DNA from: an uncultured Verrucomicrobiae bacterium
GTDB taxonomy: Bacteria > Verrucomicrobiota > Verrucomicrobiia > Limisphaerales > UBA11358
Length of the DNA stretch: 64,000 bases
NCBI GenBank assembly: GCA_963719075.1
Contig: CAVRAN010000005.1
Location: 55,310 to 119,309, forward strand
Direction of reading: 5' to 3'
Part shown: piece by piece, positions 18,686-29,317 of the stretch
Numbering within the stretch: position 1 is the first letter of the stretch
Layout of the letters: every line of letters begins with the position of its first letter
Program-made: the position numbers and the translations under genes
Notes under the pieces: generated by a model
Told to the model about the DNA's origin: nothing
Database searches by the model: none
The model's input: the letters and a program-made list of their open reading frames with translations, nothing else

Positions 18686-20176
18686 TCAATAAACCTTCCG
18701 TAAATTAGACGGCAGGATGTTGAGTTCAGCGCGATATTTGGCGACGGTGCGGCGTGCAATGATGATGCCTTTAGCCGCGAGCAATTCTATGACTTCCTGA
18801 TCAGATAGCGGCTGCGTTGAATTTTCGTTTTTGAATATTTCGGCGATGATGTCTTTGACGCTGGTGTTCGACATGTTCTCGCCAGCACCGGTCTGTATGC
18901 CGGTGGTGAAGAAAAATTTCATCTCGAAAATGCCCTGCGGTGTTTGCATGTATTTGCCGGAAACCGCACGGCTGACGGTTGTTTCGTGAACACCGACGAC
19001 TTCAGCGATTTGCGCCATCGTCATCGGTTTCAAATGCGCGACGCCCTTTTCCATGAACTCGCGCTGACGCTTCACAATTTCCTTCGCAATGTTTGAAATC
19101 GTTTGCTGCCGCTGGTGCAGGCTTTTGATGAGAAATTTTCCTGCGCGGATTTTTTCGCGGATGTAATTTTTGACCTCGGCGGAATTTTCCTCCTGTGACA
19201 TTAAATCTTTGTAAAGGTTGCTGATGCGCAAATGCGGGATGTGCTCGTCGTTGGTCGTTACAACAAAATCGTCGCCGGATTTTTGAATGAAAACTTCGGG
19301 TAAAATATATTGGTTGGTGTCCGGCAAAAAAGCGCGGCCCGGGCGCGGCTCCATGCGGCCAATGCGCCCGATGGCATCCTGCACTTCGTCAATTGAACGT
19401 CCGAGGCTGCGGGCAATTTCCGGAATTCGCCGTTTGCCGAGTTCGTTCATGAAGTCACGCACGATGCAATATTCGAGCGTGCCTTCCCGACCAGCGCGTT
19501 CCAGTTGAAGCATAAGGCATTCGCGCAAGTCACACGCGCCGATGCCCGGCGGATCAAAGGTTTGAATTCCTTTTAAAATTTCCGAAATTTTTTCCACCGC
19601 CAGATTGGTTGAAACTGCCAATTCATCCACCGTCGTCTTGAGATAACCATGATCGTCAATGTTGCCGACAATCAATTCGGCGATGTCCCGCTGTTCTTCG
19701 TTCCATTCCATTTCCCCAACCTGCTCCATGAGCATTTGTGACAGAGATGTTCCCGAAACTAGCGAATCAAACATGAATTGTCGTTTTTCTTCCTCTTCGG
19801 ACGAATGGCGAATTGGAGTGTTAGTCTGGGCAAAATGATTGCGCCACTCTTGGTCAAGCTGCACGAGTCGGTCGAATTCCGCCTGAAATTCGTCCACGGG
19901 CGCGTCGGAATTTTTTTCAACCGTCGAATCAAACGTCACATCTGGCGGCAGCTCGGCGGGATCTGCAAGTGTTCGCACCTCCTCGGAATCTTCGGACTTT
20001 TCGCGCGATTCCACTTCCTCAACCTCTTCAAGTACTGGATTTTGTTGCAACTCCTGTTCGACAAGCGCCTTCAACTCCATTGACGGTGCCTGCAACAACG
20101 CGAGCGATTGCTGGAGCTGCGGTGCCAGCACCATTGACTGCGTCAGGCGCGCGGATAGTTGAAGGCCTTGAACCAT
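18686..20176 (-). CDS. rpoN: RNA polymerase sigma-54 factor
   Basis: 496 aa with the N-terminal Gln-rich region I (LAPQLQQSLALLQ) and the RpoN box (ARRTVAKYR). Confidence 0.95.
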   Translation of the reverse strand: MVQGLQLSARLTQSMVLAPQLQQSLALLQAPSMELKALVEQELQQNPVLEEVEEVESREKSEDSEEVRTLADPAELPPDVTFDSTVEKNSDAPVDEFQAEFDRLVQLDQEWRNHFAQTNTPIRHSSEEEEKRQFMFDSLVSGTSLSQMLMEQVGEMEWNEEQRDIAELIVGNIDDHGYLKTTVDELAVSTNLAVEKISEILKGIQTFDPPGIGACDLRECLMLQLERAGREGTLEYCIVRDFMNELGKRRIPEIARSLGRSIDEVQDAIGRIGRMEPRPGRAFLPDTNQYILPEVFIQKSGDDFVVTTNDEHIPHLRISNLYKDLMSQEENSAEVKNYIREKIRAGKFLIKSLHQRQQTISNIAKEIVKRQREFMEKGVAHLKPMTMAQIAEVVGVHETTVSRAVSGKYMQTPQGIFEMKFFFTTGIQTGAGENMSNTSVKDIIAEIFKNENSTQPLSDQEVIELLAAKGIIIARRTVAKYRAELNILPSNLRKVY

Positions 20177-20279
20177 TATGGATTCAGCTTAATTAATTCC
20201 CGGGCAGCCACAAGCAAAATGGCACGAAATTCGCTACATTCAACTGGATTTTGGAGCGCAATCATTGCATCTTGGATGC

Positions 20280-20633
20280 ATGAAATTGATTCTTTCGACG
20301 CATAACGTGACGTTAACCAAAGCCATTGAAGAACATATTCTCGACCGCCTCGAAAAATTAGAACATTTCGATAAACGCGCCATTGACGCGCGTGTAACCA
20401 TTGAGCACGACCACACACGCGCGCCAGAAAAACAGTTCAGTTGCTCAATTCGCCTGGGTGTGCGCGGCCCAGACCTGTTCGCTGAGGATGCCGAAAGCGA
20501 CCTTTATCCGGCAATTGACAAAGTCACCAAAAAAATTGAGCAGCAAATCCGCACGCGCCACAACAAGAACAAAGCCAAAAAACATAAAATTGCTGCGCGC
20601 ACCAAACTCCGTCGACAGGAAGCCAGCCTTTAA
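20280..20633 (+). CDS. hpf: ribosome hibernation promoting factor (short HPF/RaiA)
   Basis: The start MKLILSTHNVTLTKAIEEHI and DLYPAIDKVTKKIEQQIRTRH match the HPF pattern. It is divergent from rpoN. Confidence 0.85.
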   Translation: MKLILSTHNVTLTKAIEEHILDRLEKLEHFDKRAIDARVTIEHDHTRAPEKQFSCSIRLGVRGPDLFAEDAESDLYPAIDKVTKKIEQQIRTRHNKNKAKKHKIAARTKLRRQEASL

Positions 20634-21877
20634 TGATTCTTCGCGCCCGCGCCGTCCTACCAATTTCACGCCCGCCGATTGAAAACGGCGCGGTTCTTAT
20701 TTCTGAAAACCGCATAACACGTGTCGGTCGCTGGAACGATTTTTCTCCTGAAAAAACCGACGGCGAAATTTTCGACCTTGGCGATTCCGTTCTGCTGCCC
20801 GGACTTGTCAACGCGCATTGCCATCTTGATTACACGAACATGGCCGGGCTTTGGCCGCCGCCAAAAACATTCGTTGACTGGATCCCGCTCATGCTCGCCG
20901 CCAAAGCCGAATGGAGCTATACCGATTATGCAAAATCGTGGCTCAACGGCGCACAAATGCTTTTGCACAACGGCACGACAACCGTCGCCGATATCGAAGC
21001 CGTGCCGGAATTGTTGCCGGATGTTTGGAACGCAACGCCGCTCCGCGTTTTTTCATTCCTCGAAATGACCGGCATCCGTGCCCGCCGCGAACCACGCGAA
21101 ATTCTGCACGAAGCTGTTGAAAAAATTGATTCGCTCTCGCACAACCGCAATCGCATTTTACTTTCGCCCCACGCTCCCTACTCCACTTCGCCGGAATTAT
21201 TGCGGCTCTGCGCGGAAGCCGCGCGCGAAAAGAAAATTAGAGTCACCACACACGTTGCAGAATCCGAACAGGAATTTGAAATGTTCGCACATGCGCACGG
21301 CGAGATGTTTCACTGGCTCCAGCGAAATGGTCGGGACACAAATGACTGCGGGTTCGGCTCGCCAGTTCAACATTTGGAACGCGCGGGTTTGTTCGGTGAA
21401 AATTTAGTCGCCGTTCATGCCAATGTGCTCGCGCCCGGAGACGCTGGGTTGCTCGGCAAACACGGCGTCCACGTCGTTCATTGCCCGCGCAGCCACGATT
21501 ATTTTGGCCACCCGCGGTTCCCGCGAAAACAACTCACCGAAGCCGGTGTCAACATCTGCCTCGGTACGGACAGTCTTGCCACGACGCGAAGCGTTGGAAA
21601 AGAAAAACCCGAATTGAATTTATTTGAAGAAATGCGCATGCTCGCTGTCAACGACCGCGAACTTTTGCCGAAAGAAATTTTGCAAATGGCGACAATCAAC
21701 GGCGCTCGTGCGCTCGGCATGAGTGGTCAAATAGGCGAACTTTCTGAAGACGCCTTTGCTGATTTGATTGCTATTACGTTCGCTGGAAAAATCACGGATA
21801 TTTACGATACTGTGTTGCATCATTCAGGAAATATTGCTACCCGAATGATTGACGGCCAGTGGGCAATCGCACCGTGA
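20633..21877 (+). CDS. amidohydrolase family protein (chlorohydrolase/deaminase-like)
   Basis: 414 aa with LLPGLVNAHCHLDYT (HxH metal motif), TTHVAES and a GTDS tail. Its start overlaps the hpf stop. Confidence 0.75.
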   Translation: MILRARAVLPISRPPIENGAVLISENRITRVGRWNDFSPEKTDGEIFDLGDSVLLPGLVNAHCHLDYTNMAGLWPPPKTFVDWIPLMLAAKAEWSYTDYAKSWLNGAQMLLHNGTTTVADIEAVPELLPDVWNATPLRVFSFLEMTGIRARREPREILHEAVEKIDSLSHNRNRILLSPHAPYSTSPELLRLCAEAAREKKIRVTTHVAESEQEFEMFAHAHGEMFHWLQRNGRDTNDCGFGSPVQHLERAGLFGENLVAVHANVLAPGDAGLLGKHGVHVVHCPRSHDYFGHPRFPRKQLTEAGVNICLGTDSLATTRSVGKEKPELNLFEEMRMLAVNDRELLPKEILQMATINGARALGMSGQIGELSEDAFADLIAITFAGKITDIYDTVLHHSGNIATRMIDGQWAIAP

Positions 21878-23049
21878 CTGATTTTGATCATGGACTGAAT
21901 CAGCGGCTAGTCGCGTTACGCGAACAAAATTTGTATCGCGAATTGCGCCGCGTCGATTCACCTCAATCACCGCGCATCAGAATCGGCGACAAGACTTTTC
22001 TTAATTTTTCATCCAATGATTATCTCGGTCTTGCGAACGATCCGATTTTAAAAGACGCCGCCATCAAAGCCATTGAAAAATTTGGCGCGGGAACGGGCGC
22101 ATCGCGGTTGATATGCGGTTCGCTCTCACTGCTTCATGAACTTGAAGAAGCGCTTGCTCACTTCAAAAATACCGAGGCTGCACTCACCTTTTCTTCCGGC
22201 TACATGACGGCCATCGGCGCGATTTGCGCGTTGCTTGGCAAGGATGACATCGTAATTCTCGACAAACTCGTTCACGCTTGCATCGTGGATGCCGCGCGGC
22301 TGTGCGGCGCAAAAGTTCGTGTATTCGCGCATAATGATTTAAATGATTTGGAAGATATTCTTAAATGGGCGAACTCAAAAAATCTCAAATCACAAATTTT
22401 CATCGTCACCGAATCCATTTTTTCGATGGACGGTGACGCAGCGCCATTACGCGAAATCGTCGCCCTTAAGGAAAAATATGGCGCGTTGCTTATGGTGGAT
22501 GAAGCGCACGCGACCGGGCTTTATGGAAAAAACCGTCGCGGCCTCGCGGAAGAACTTGGCGCGAGCGAACAAATTGAAATTCAAATGGGCACGCTCGGCA
22601 AAGCACTCGGCGCAAGTGGCGGTTACATTTGCGGCTCGCGTGTGCTGGTTGATTTTCTGGTGAATCGAGCCCGCAGTTTTATTTTTTCGACCGCGCCCGT
22701 TCCCGCTGCCGCTGCCGCTGCGACTGCGGCAATCCAGTTTGTTCAATCATCAACGGGCGAAACACGAAGAATTTTACTTTGGCAACGTGCGGAACAACTC
22801 AACTCCAAACTTAAAACTCAAAATTTAAAATTCCCGAGCGCGATCATCCCTGTTTTAATCGGCAGCGAAATGAAAGCCGTTGAAACTGCCGTAAAATTAC
22901 GCAAAAAAAATATCTTCGTCCCCGCAATTCGTTATCCAACCGTCGCGCGCGGCAAAGCACGATTGCGTGTGACACTGACCGCTGCGCATTCGACTGAAGA
23001 TGTTTTTCAGCTGGTTGGCGCGCTCAAAACATTGGATATTGAACTTTAG
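21859..23049 (+). CDS. bioF: 8-amino-7-oxononanoate synthase
   Basis: FLNFSSNDYLGLAND, a PLP-lysine region (FSMDGD...) and TLGKALG are present. The start is GTG 21859 or GTG 21874. Confidence 0.85.
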   Translation: MGNRTVTDFDHGLNQRLVALREQNLYRELRRVDSPQSPRIRIGDKTFLNFSSNDYLGLANDPILKDAAIKAIEKFGAGTGASRLICGSLSLLHELEEALAHFKNTEAALTFSSGYMTAIGAICALLGKDDIVILDKLVHACIVDAARLCGAKVRVFAHNDLNDLEDILKWANSKNLKSQIFIVTESIFSMDGDAAPLREIVALKEKYGALLMVDEAHATGLYGKNRRGLAEELGASEQIEIQMGTLGKALGASGGYICGSRVLVDFLVNRARSFIFSTAPVPAAAAAATAAIQFVQSSTGETRRILLWQRAEQLNSKLKTQNLKFPSAIIPVLIGSEMKAVETAVKLRKKNIFVPAIRYPTVARGKARLRVTLTAAHSTEDVFQLVGALKTLDIEL

Positions 23050-23051
23050 CT

Positions 23052-24443
23052 TTGGACTTGATGCACAAGCTCGCCCAACTCGATCACAAATTCGTCTGGC
23101 ATCCGTTTACGCAGATGCGTGATTGGCTGCGGCGCGAGCCGATTATCATTGAGTCTGGCAAAGGCTCAGTATTGCGCGACGTTCGCGGGCGAAAATATCT
23201 CGATGCCAATTCTTCTATTTGGACAAATCTTCACGGCCACAATCATCAAAAAATCAATGCGGCAATCCAACGACAGTTAAAAAAGATCGCGCACAGTTCC
23301 GCGCTTGGTTTGGCGAATGAACCGGCGAGCTTGCTGGCGAAAAAACTGGTTCGACTTGCAAAGGGGAGATTAAAAAAAGTTTTTTTTTCTGATGACGGCT
23401 CAACCGCACTGGAAGTCGCACTTAAACTTGCTTACGAATTTTCACGGCGAACAAAGAGGATTAAAAACCCAAAATTTCTTTCGCTCGAAGGCGCGTATCA
23501 TGGTGACACCGTCGGTGCGGTTTCGCTTGGCCACGTTGACTTGTTTCACAAAAATTATTCAGGGTTGCTTTTTAAAACGGACAAAGCAATGTCGCCGCAT
23601 TGCTATCGCTGTCCATTCAATCGCGCGAAGCCGGAACGTGCCGACGCGCGTGAATATCGAAAATGCAACTGGGAATGCGTCGGTAAAGTGGAACAAAAAT
23701 TTTCCGCGCAAAAGAAAAAAGGCAATCCTTACGCGGCATTTGTTTTTGAGCCGTTGATGCAAGGCGCGGCCGGAATGATTCCGCAGCCGAACGGTTGGTT
23801 GAAACGCGTGACGGAAATTGCGCGCGTTCACGGTGCATTGCTCATTGCCGATGAAGTGATGACTGGGTTTGGACGGACCGGTATTCAATTTGCCTGTCAA
23901 AAAGAAAACGTGCAGCCCGATTTTCTCTGTTTGGCGAAAGGCCTGACTGGTGGTTATCTGCCGATGGCGGCGACATTGACGGCGCAAAAAGTTTTCGACG
24001 TGTTTCTTGGCGAATATCACCAGTTTAAAACTTTTTTTCACGGCCATAGTTACACTGGAAATCAGCTTGGAGCGGCGGCTTCTCTGGCGAGTCTGGAAAT
24101 TTTGGAGAGCGGCAAATCAACTCAAGCGCGGGAAAAATTGGAAGAGATTCTGCGCGAAGAATTGAAAACGCTTTGGTCGCTGCCAAACGTCGGTGACATC
24201 CGGCAAGTCGGTTTGATTGCCGGAATCGAACTGGTAAAAAACTGGCGGACGCGTGAACCCTGTGATTTGCGCGAGTGCCTGGGCATTAAAGTTTGCGAAT
24301 CAATGGCAAAACGCGGCGTGCTGACGCGGCCAATTGGAAACGTCATTGTTTTAATGCCGCCCTATTGCACGACAACGGCGCAAGCGGTGAAAATGGTTTC
24401 CGTTTTGCGCGATTCGATCCGGGAAGTTTTTAATCGTTTGTGA
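23052..24443 (+). CDS. bioA: adenosylmethionine-8-amino-7-oxononanoate aminotransferase
   Basis: FVWHPFTQM, a class-III aminotransferase core (ADEVMTGFGRTG) and CLAKGLTGGYLP are present. The start is TTG 23052 or ATG 23061. Confidence 0.9.
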   Translation: MDLMHKLAQLDHKFVWHPFTQMRDWLRREPIIIESGKGSVLRDVRGRKYLDANSSIWTNLHGHNHQKINAAIQRQLKKIAHSSALGLANEPASLLAKKLVRLAKGRLKKVFFSDDGSTALEVALKLAYEFSRRTKRIKNPKFLSLEGAYHGDTVGAVSLGHVDLFHKNYSGLLFKTDKAMSPHCYRCPFNRAKPERADAREYRKCNWECVGKVEQKFSAQKKKGNPYAAFVFEPLMQGAAGMIPQPNGWLKRVTEIARVHGALLIADEVMTGFGRTGIQFACQKENVQPDFLCLAKGLTGGYLPMAATLTAQKVFDVFLGEYHQFKTFFHGHSYTGNQLGAAASLASLEILESGKSTQAREKLEEILREELKTLWSLPNVGDIRQVGLIAGIELVKNWRTREPCDLRECLGIKVCESMAKRGVLTRPIGNVIVLMPPYCTTTAQAVKMVSVLRDSIREVFNRL

Positions 24444-24451
24444 AGTACACT

Positions 24452-24859
24452 TTAACCACCCGCCAGTTTTAATAATCGTTCAAACTGTGCTTTCGTCAGC
24501 GGCGACACGGACAGGCGCGATTGTTTCACGAGCGGCATTTCATTAAAAATATTGTCGGCTTTGATTTGCGCGAGCGAGACGGGTTTGACGAGAGTTTTTT
24601 CGGGGATCAAGTCCACACAGGACCAGTCGCCTTCATCCGCCGTTGGATCGGGATAAAATTCTCTGGCCACGCGTGCGATGCCGATGATGGATTTTGATTC
24701 ACCACTGTGATAAAAGAAAACGGCGTCGCCCTTTTTCATCGCGCGCAAATTGTTCCGGGCCGCAAAATTGCGCACACCCGTCCACGCGGTTTTACCGTCT
24801 TTCAACAATTGTGACCATGAGTAAGCTTCGGGTTCGGATTTTACGAGCCAGTAATTCAT
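24452..24859 (-). CDS. EVE (PUA-like) domain protein
   Basis: MNYWLVKSEPEAYSWSQL...GVRNFAARNNLRAMKKGD is the EVE domain signature. Confidence 0.85.
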   Translation of the reverse strand: MNYWLVKSEPEAYSWSQLLKDGKTAWTGVRNFAARNNLRAMKKGDAVFFYHSGESKSIIGIARVAREFYPDPTADEGDWSCVDLIPEKTLVKPVSLAQIKADNIFNEMPLVKQSRLSVSPLTKAQFERLLKLAGG

Positions 24860-24885
24860 GGCGAAAGTTTAACGATGGATGGCGG

Positions 24886-25122
24886 CTATTTCTTGATTAA
24901 ATTTATAGCCACAATGTTCGATACGACGACAAATGCGATGGCACCTATGACAATGCTGATAAGCCAGATTGCTCCTTTTCGCTGCCCAAGATTAAGAGTC
25001 CAACCTAAACTTTTTATCCGCTTGGGAACCCAGACGCGATTGTCTTTTTTGCTGAAATAAAGTCCACACGACCAGTTGCCCGGCTTGTTCCATTCGGCTT
25101 GATTGATGTCGTCCTGGGTCAT
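24886..25122 (-). CDS. DUF5808-like small membrane protein
   Basis: Internal start MTQDDINQAEW. YFSKKDNRVWVPKRIKSLGWTLNLG is followed by one TM helix. The ORF is open to 25212. Confidence 0.5.
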   Translation of the reverse strand: MTQDDINQAEWNKPGNWSCGLYFSKKDNRVWVPKRIKSLGWTLNLGQRKGAIWLISIVIGAIAFVVVSNIVAINLIKK

Positions 25123-25241
25123 AAGCGTCACGCCATGCAAAGATAGGTAAGCTGTAAATTCTATCTGTCCAGTAAAATTCGATAATGTTACAGATAAAAT
25201 TCTATGTTTCATCCATGTTTCATCTGTGCCTAAATTGGTTT

Positions 25242-25940
25242 ATGGACATCGCCGCAAATTTGGCAACAATTCAACAACGGATTAGCGCTGCATGCGAACG
25301 TGCCGGGCGTGATGTGAATTCCGTGACTTTATTGGCAGTGACGAAAAGTCAGCCGCCGGAAGTTGTCAACGCTGCCGCTGATATAGGGTTAAATCTTTTT
25401 GGCGAAAACAAAGTGCAGGAGGCAAAGGCAAAAATTCCACTGTGTTCCGGTAAATTGCGCTGGCATTTTATCGGTCATTTGCAATCGAACAAATGCCGCG
25501 ATTCAATCGAGCTTTTTGAAATGATTCAGAGCGTGGACAGTCTGCCGCTCGCGCAGGAAATCAACAAGCGTTGTGACCAGGCGGCAAAGCAAATGCCCAT
25601 TCTGTTGGAGGTCAACGTCGCCGGTGAAGCGAATAAATTCGGCTACCAGCCGGAGCAGTTGTTCACCGATTTGAAAACCATCCATAGATTGCCGCGAGTT
25701 GAAATTCATGGTCTGATGGCCGTGCCGCCATGGTCGCCGGAGTCGGAAAAGACACGTCCGCATTTTCGCCGGTTGCGCGAATTGAAAAATCAGTGCGAAA
25801 AGATTCTCGGCGTTCCCCTGCCCCATTTAAGCATGGGCATGAGCGGCGATTTTGAAACGGCGATTGAAGAAGGCGCGACAATGGTTCGCATCGGCACCGC
25901 ATTGTTCGGTGCGAGAATGAAACCATTGGGCGCAAGGTAA
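25242..25940 (+). CDS. YggS-family pyridoxal phosphate homeostasis protein
   Basis: Start MDIAANLATIQQRI. It carries VTLLAVTKSQ (PLP lysine), FGENKVQE and HFIGHLQSNK. Confidence 0.9.
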   Translation: MDIAANLATIQQRISAACERAGRDVNSVTLLAVTKSQPPEVVNAAADIGLNLFGENKVQEAKAKIPLCSGKLRWHFIGHLQSNKCRDSIELFEMIQSVDSLPLAQEINKRCDQAAKQMPILLEVNVAGEANKFGYQPEQLFTDLKTIHRLPRVEIHGLMAVPPWSPESEKTRPHFRRLRELKNQCEKILGVPLPHLSMGMSGDFETAIEEGATMVRIGTALFGARMKPLGAR

Positions 25941-26029
25941 CCGGATCGGAACAAAATTCGCGTTCACTCATCCTAATGTCTTACGAAGATAACACTTCAC
26001 TTTTGGCGCTGATTTTTTAAGCTATAGTT

Positions 26030-26353
26030 GTGACCGTCGAAACATTCAAACGACAGATCGCCGAAGCAATCAAGGCATACGATAAATACGTTGTGTGCAT
26101 TGAAAAAACGCCGGAGGATTTCAAAACGTCGCTGAATTCACTGATGCAAAAGGCGATCAAAGCCTACGAAAATCGCGGCGCGGGGATGCGTCATGGCATC
26201 GCATTGGATAAACAGGCCACAATTATTTTGAGCGAGAGCGGCGAGGAACGCCCGCTGTGCGGGATTTATTTCAACCTCCATTCGCCCTACCAAAAAAACG
26301 CGTTGCCGAAAACAGTAAAGGCGTTCACCAAAATATCCCCGAAAGAGGAATAA
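26030..26353 (+). CDS. hypothetical protein
   Basis: 107-aa ORF with no recognisable family and no competing ORF. Confidence 0.4.
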   Translation: MTVETFKRQIAEAIKAYDKYVVCIEKTPEDFKTSLNSLMQKAIKAYENRGAGMRHGIALDKQATIILSESGEERPLCGIYFNLHSPYQKNALPKTVKAFTKISPKEE

Positions 26354-26368
26354 AACGGTGCGCAAAAA

Positions 26369-26758
26369 TCACTGGTCGCGCACTTCGTCGCCAACCTGGG
26401 CTTCGCCGGCAACAAGATCAGCGACGATATTATCGTCGCGCTGAGGGCCGGTGATTTTAACATCGGCAACTTTCAGACCAGCCCGGTAAAGAGACAAATT
26501 CTGATCCATTACTGGCATCTGGCCGACGGGAAAGTTCAGCACGACAAAGCGTCCGACGGCATTGTATGAAACTACTTTGCCGGTGAGCGCATTGGCGGGC
26601 ACGACAATCATTGGCGGCATGTTGGTGGCAACTGCGAGGGATCCAGCGGACGCGGGCTGCGCGGGCGTAAATGTCATTTTGGTTTTTGTTTGGGCGCAAC
26701 CCGCAAGAATTATTCCGACGGTCAACAGCAAAAATGGCATTAAAAATTTCATGGCCAA
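26369..26758 (-). CDS. hypothetical lipoprotein
   Basis: 129 aa with a lipobox (ILAGC). No family recognised. Confidence 0.55.
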   Translation of the reverse strand: MAMKFLMPFLLLTVGIILAGCAQTKTKMTFTPAQPASAGSLAVATNMPPMIVVPANALTGKVVSYNAVGRFVVLNFPVGQMPVMDQNLSLYRAGLKVADVKITGPQRDDNIVADLVAGEAQVGDEVRDQ

Positions 26759-26788
26759 AGTTAAACGCGCCTCAATACAAAGGTCAAT

Positions 26789-27154
26789 TCACGATTCGGT
26801 GATAATCGTGTCATTATGCTCATAAGCCGGGGCACAGCAACAAAGCAAACGAAGGGTTTCGTTGCCGGTGTTCCACAATTGATGCTTCTGGCCGGGCGGA
26901 ATCGCAATCGCGTCCCCTGCCCTGATTTCGCACGTCTCATCTTCAATGCGGATTCTTCCCGTGCCATGGGTGATATAATAAATTTCCTCGGCTTTTGGAT
27001 GATAATGTTCCTGCGTGCTTGCGCCGGCGGCCAAACGCGCTTCGGCCAGACTTTGATTGCGAATGACCGAATTGCGATGCGCAAGCAGTTCGCGGATTTC
27101 TGAGCCGTCCTTCGTGATGAAAGCGGAAACTTCCTGTAAATTTTTAATATCCAT
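26789..27154 (-). CDS. cupin domain protein
   Basis: Start MDIKNLQEV (alternative at 27172). Cupin motifs are HYHPKAEEIYYI and IPPGQKHQLWN. Confidence 0.75.
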   Translation of the reverse strand: MDIKNLQEVSAFITKDGSEIRELLAHRNSVIRNQSLAEARLAAGASTQEHYHPKAEEIYYITHGTGRIRIEDETCEIRAGDAIAIPPGQKHQLWNTGNETLRLLCCCAPAYEHNDTIITES

Positions 27155-27179
27155 GACGATTTCATTTAGCATAAAAGGA

Positions 27180-27203
27180 ACACAGATTAAACACGGATTT
27201 TTA
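27180..27203. repeat. CACGGAT-type doublet element
   Basis: ACACAGATTAAACACGGATTTTTA lies immediately upstream of the cupin gene start. Confidence 0.45.
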
Positions 27204-27265
27204 CAGCGAAACAATTTGGCCACCCTTCCGTGAAAGCAGAAAACTGGAATTGAAGGCAGGCAGAA

Positions 27266-28060
27266 TTAAACCGTTTTTGTTCGGTTATAGAATTTGATGA
27301 TTTTACGAGGAAACCAACGGGGAGTAATCCGGTTCATAAAAATCAGCAAACGGTTGCTCAAACCGGGCACAGCCAGCCGCTTTCCCTTTCGAAATGCCCG
27401 ATGTCCGTAAATCGCGACAGTCTCGGCAGACATTTTTTTGGTCTTAATTTTTCTTGTTTTTTGTCCGCGCGCGACATTGCCGAAATTCGTTGTGGTCGGG
27501 CCGGGGCAAAGCGCCGTCACGGTAAAACCAGCATCGGAAAGTTCTTCGGCCAGCGCTTCGGTGAACGACAGCACGTAAGCTTTGGTTGCATAATATACAG
27601 TCATGCCGGGACCGGGTTGAAATCCGGCAACCGAACCGACGTTGAGAATTCCACCGCGTCGGCGTTCGATCATGCCGGGCAAAAACAATCCTGTTAATTC
27701 CGTCAATGCCATGACGTTGACCTGGATGACTTCAAGCTGCCGCTGCAATGGCAGTTTTACGAAAGCGTCGTGCAGCCCGAAGCCGGCATTGTTGACGAGA
27801 ATATCCACGGAAAATTTTTGCGCCGACAATTCTTCAAAAATTTGTTTTGCCGTTTCCGGCAATGATAAATCCGCAGCCAAAACAATTGCTTCAACTTTGT
27901 TTTTCCGACGCAATTCACCCGCAAGTTTTTCCAAAGCTTCTTTGTTTCGGGCGATAAGAATCAAGCGGCAGCCGTCCGCTGCAAAACATTTCGCCAACTC
28001 AAGACCAATTCCCGACGACGCGCCGGTGACTAGAACCGTTTCACGGTCGGCAGCGTTCAT
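27266..28060 (-). CDS. SDR family oxidoreductase
   Basis: TVLVTGASSGIGLE (TGxxxGxG), NNAG and a YxxxK region (YYATKAY) are present. Confidence 0.9.
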   Translation of the reverse strand: MNAADRETVLVTGASSGIGLELAKCFAADGCRLILIARNKEALEKLAGELRRKNKVEAIVLAADLSLPETAKQIFEELSAQKFSVDILVNNAGFGLHDAFVKLPLQRQLEVIQVNVMALTELTGLFLPGMIERRRGGILNVGSVAGFQPGPGMTVYYATKAYVLSFTEALAEELSDAGFTVTALCPGPTTTNFGNVARGQKTRKIKTKKMSAETVAIYGHRAFRKGKRLAVPGLSNRLLIFMNRITPRWFPRKIIKFYNRTKTV

Positions 28061-28067
28061 GACGATC

Positions 28068-29303
28068 TCATTGTCCTGTCAAGCCGAACCGCTTGGTGAT
28101 GGGCCAATAGACGAAGAAGGATTTGCCGATGACTGCTGTCTCTGGAATTGGTCCCCAAAAACGTGAGTCAAGGCTGTTACAAGTATTATCACCCATTGGC
28201 AAACAGGAGTTTTCCGGCACATCAACGACCGTTTGTTCGTCAGGAAAAAGAAAGACGCCACCGGGAGGCTCATTCAATAATCCTGTTATGTCATATTCTT
28301 GGGCGACGGTGCCGTTAACATGGCCTGACCATTGGCTGTCACGCGGCGGTTGTTTTGGGTCAAAGCCGTAGACATTTTCAAAATGCGAGGTCGAGGCGTC
28401 AATACGCTGTCCGTTGATGATCAAATGTCGGTCGTCGCCAATCTGAACTTTTTCGCCTGGCAATCCAACAAGGCGCTTGATGTAAAATTCATCACTAGGA
28501 ATACCATAGATTTCGCGTTTGTATTCAGGGATTCCTTTGGTTTCGAACACTATGATTTCTCCGCGTTGCGGTTTGCGAAAATTGTAAGTCAACCGGTCCA
28601 CGAACAAATGATCGCCGGCGCGCATTTGCAATTTAATCACATCGTCGCCTTGGTGATAAAAATGCTCCTGCTTCAAACGGGCGCGATAAGCCAGCGGGTC
28701 TTCTCCGGGCGGCGCTTCGCCAAAATCCGGCGGAAACCAAATCGTGTGCGAGACGCCCCCGATCGAAATGGTCTGCTTGATGTTGAAAATCAAAAATCGC
28801 CGCATCGGACTCAGCGCGTCAATTTTGCCGTCTGCGGGCGCGACGACGTGAACGTAGGAAATTCCTTCAAACCATTGCTTGATTCGTTCCAGTCCGGTGG
28901 GAATTTGAAAATTCTTGTCGCCGAGCAGATTTTTTGAAGTGACGCCGTAAAGCGTCGGCTGCATCGAGCCGGTCGGAATTTTGAACGGTTGCACAAAAAA
29001 TGTGCGGATGCCCATCGCCACCGCCAGCGCGACCAAAAGCACTTCGACATTCTCGCGCCACACGGCATTTGGATACGGCTTAAGCCATTTCTCGGCGGCA
29101 AACTGAAGCTCTTCCGCTTTGATCCGAATTTTCCCGTTGTTCGCTCCTTCGGCGATAGTCGCATTCAATTCGTAAATTTTTATTTGCACCGCCGCGATGG
29201 CCTGTGGCGAAAGAATGTCGCGCTGTGCGTTCAACAAGCGCAACACGTGCTTGCGCATCGCACACGCTTCGCGAACGGTTTTAGAAAAGAGCCAGCGGAT
29301 CAT
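28068..29303 (-). CDS. lepB: signal peptidase I
   Basis: IPTGSMQPTL (catalytic Ser), YIKRLVGLPGE (Lys box) and GDNTCNSLDSRFWG are present. It has a long N-terminal cytoplasmic extension. Confidence 0.9.
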   Translation of the reverse strand: MIRWLFSKTVREACAMRKHVLRLLNAQRDILSPQAIAAVQIKIYELNATIAEGANNGKIRIKAEELQFAAEKWLKPYPNAVWRENVEVLLVALAVAMGIRTFFVQPFKIPTGSMQPTLYGVTSKNLLGDKNFQIPTGLERIKQWFEGISYVHVVAPADGKIDALSPMRRFLIFNIKQTISIGGVSHTIWFPPDFGEAPPGEDPLAYRARLKQEHFYHQGDDVIKLQMRAGDHLFVDRLTYNFRKPQRGEIIVFETKGIPEYKREIYGIPSDEFYIKRLVGLPGEKVQIGDDRHLIINGQRIDASTSHFENVYGFDPKQPPRDSQWSGHVNGTVAQEYDITGLLNEPPGGVFLFPDEQTVVDVPENSCLPMGDNTCNSLDSRFWGPIPETAVIGKSFFVYWPITKRFGLTGQ

Positions 29304-29317
29304 AAATGTTTTGCTTT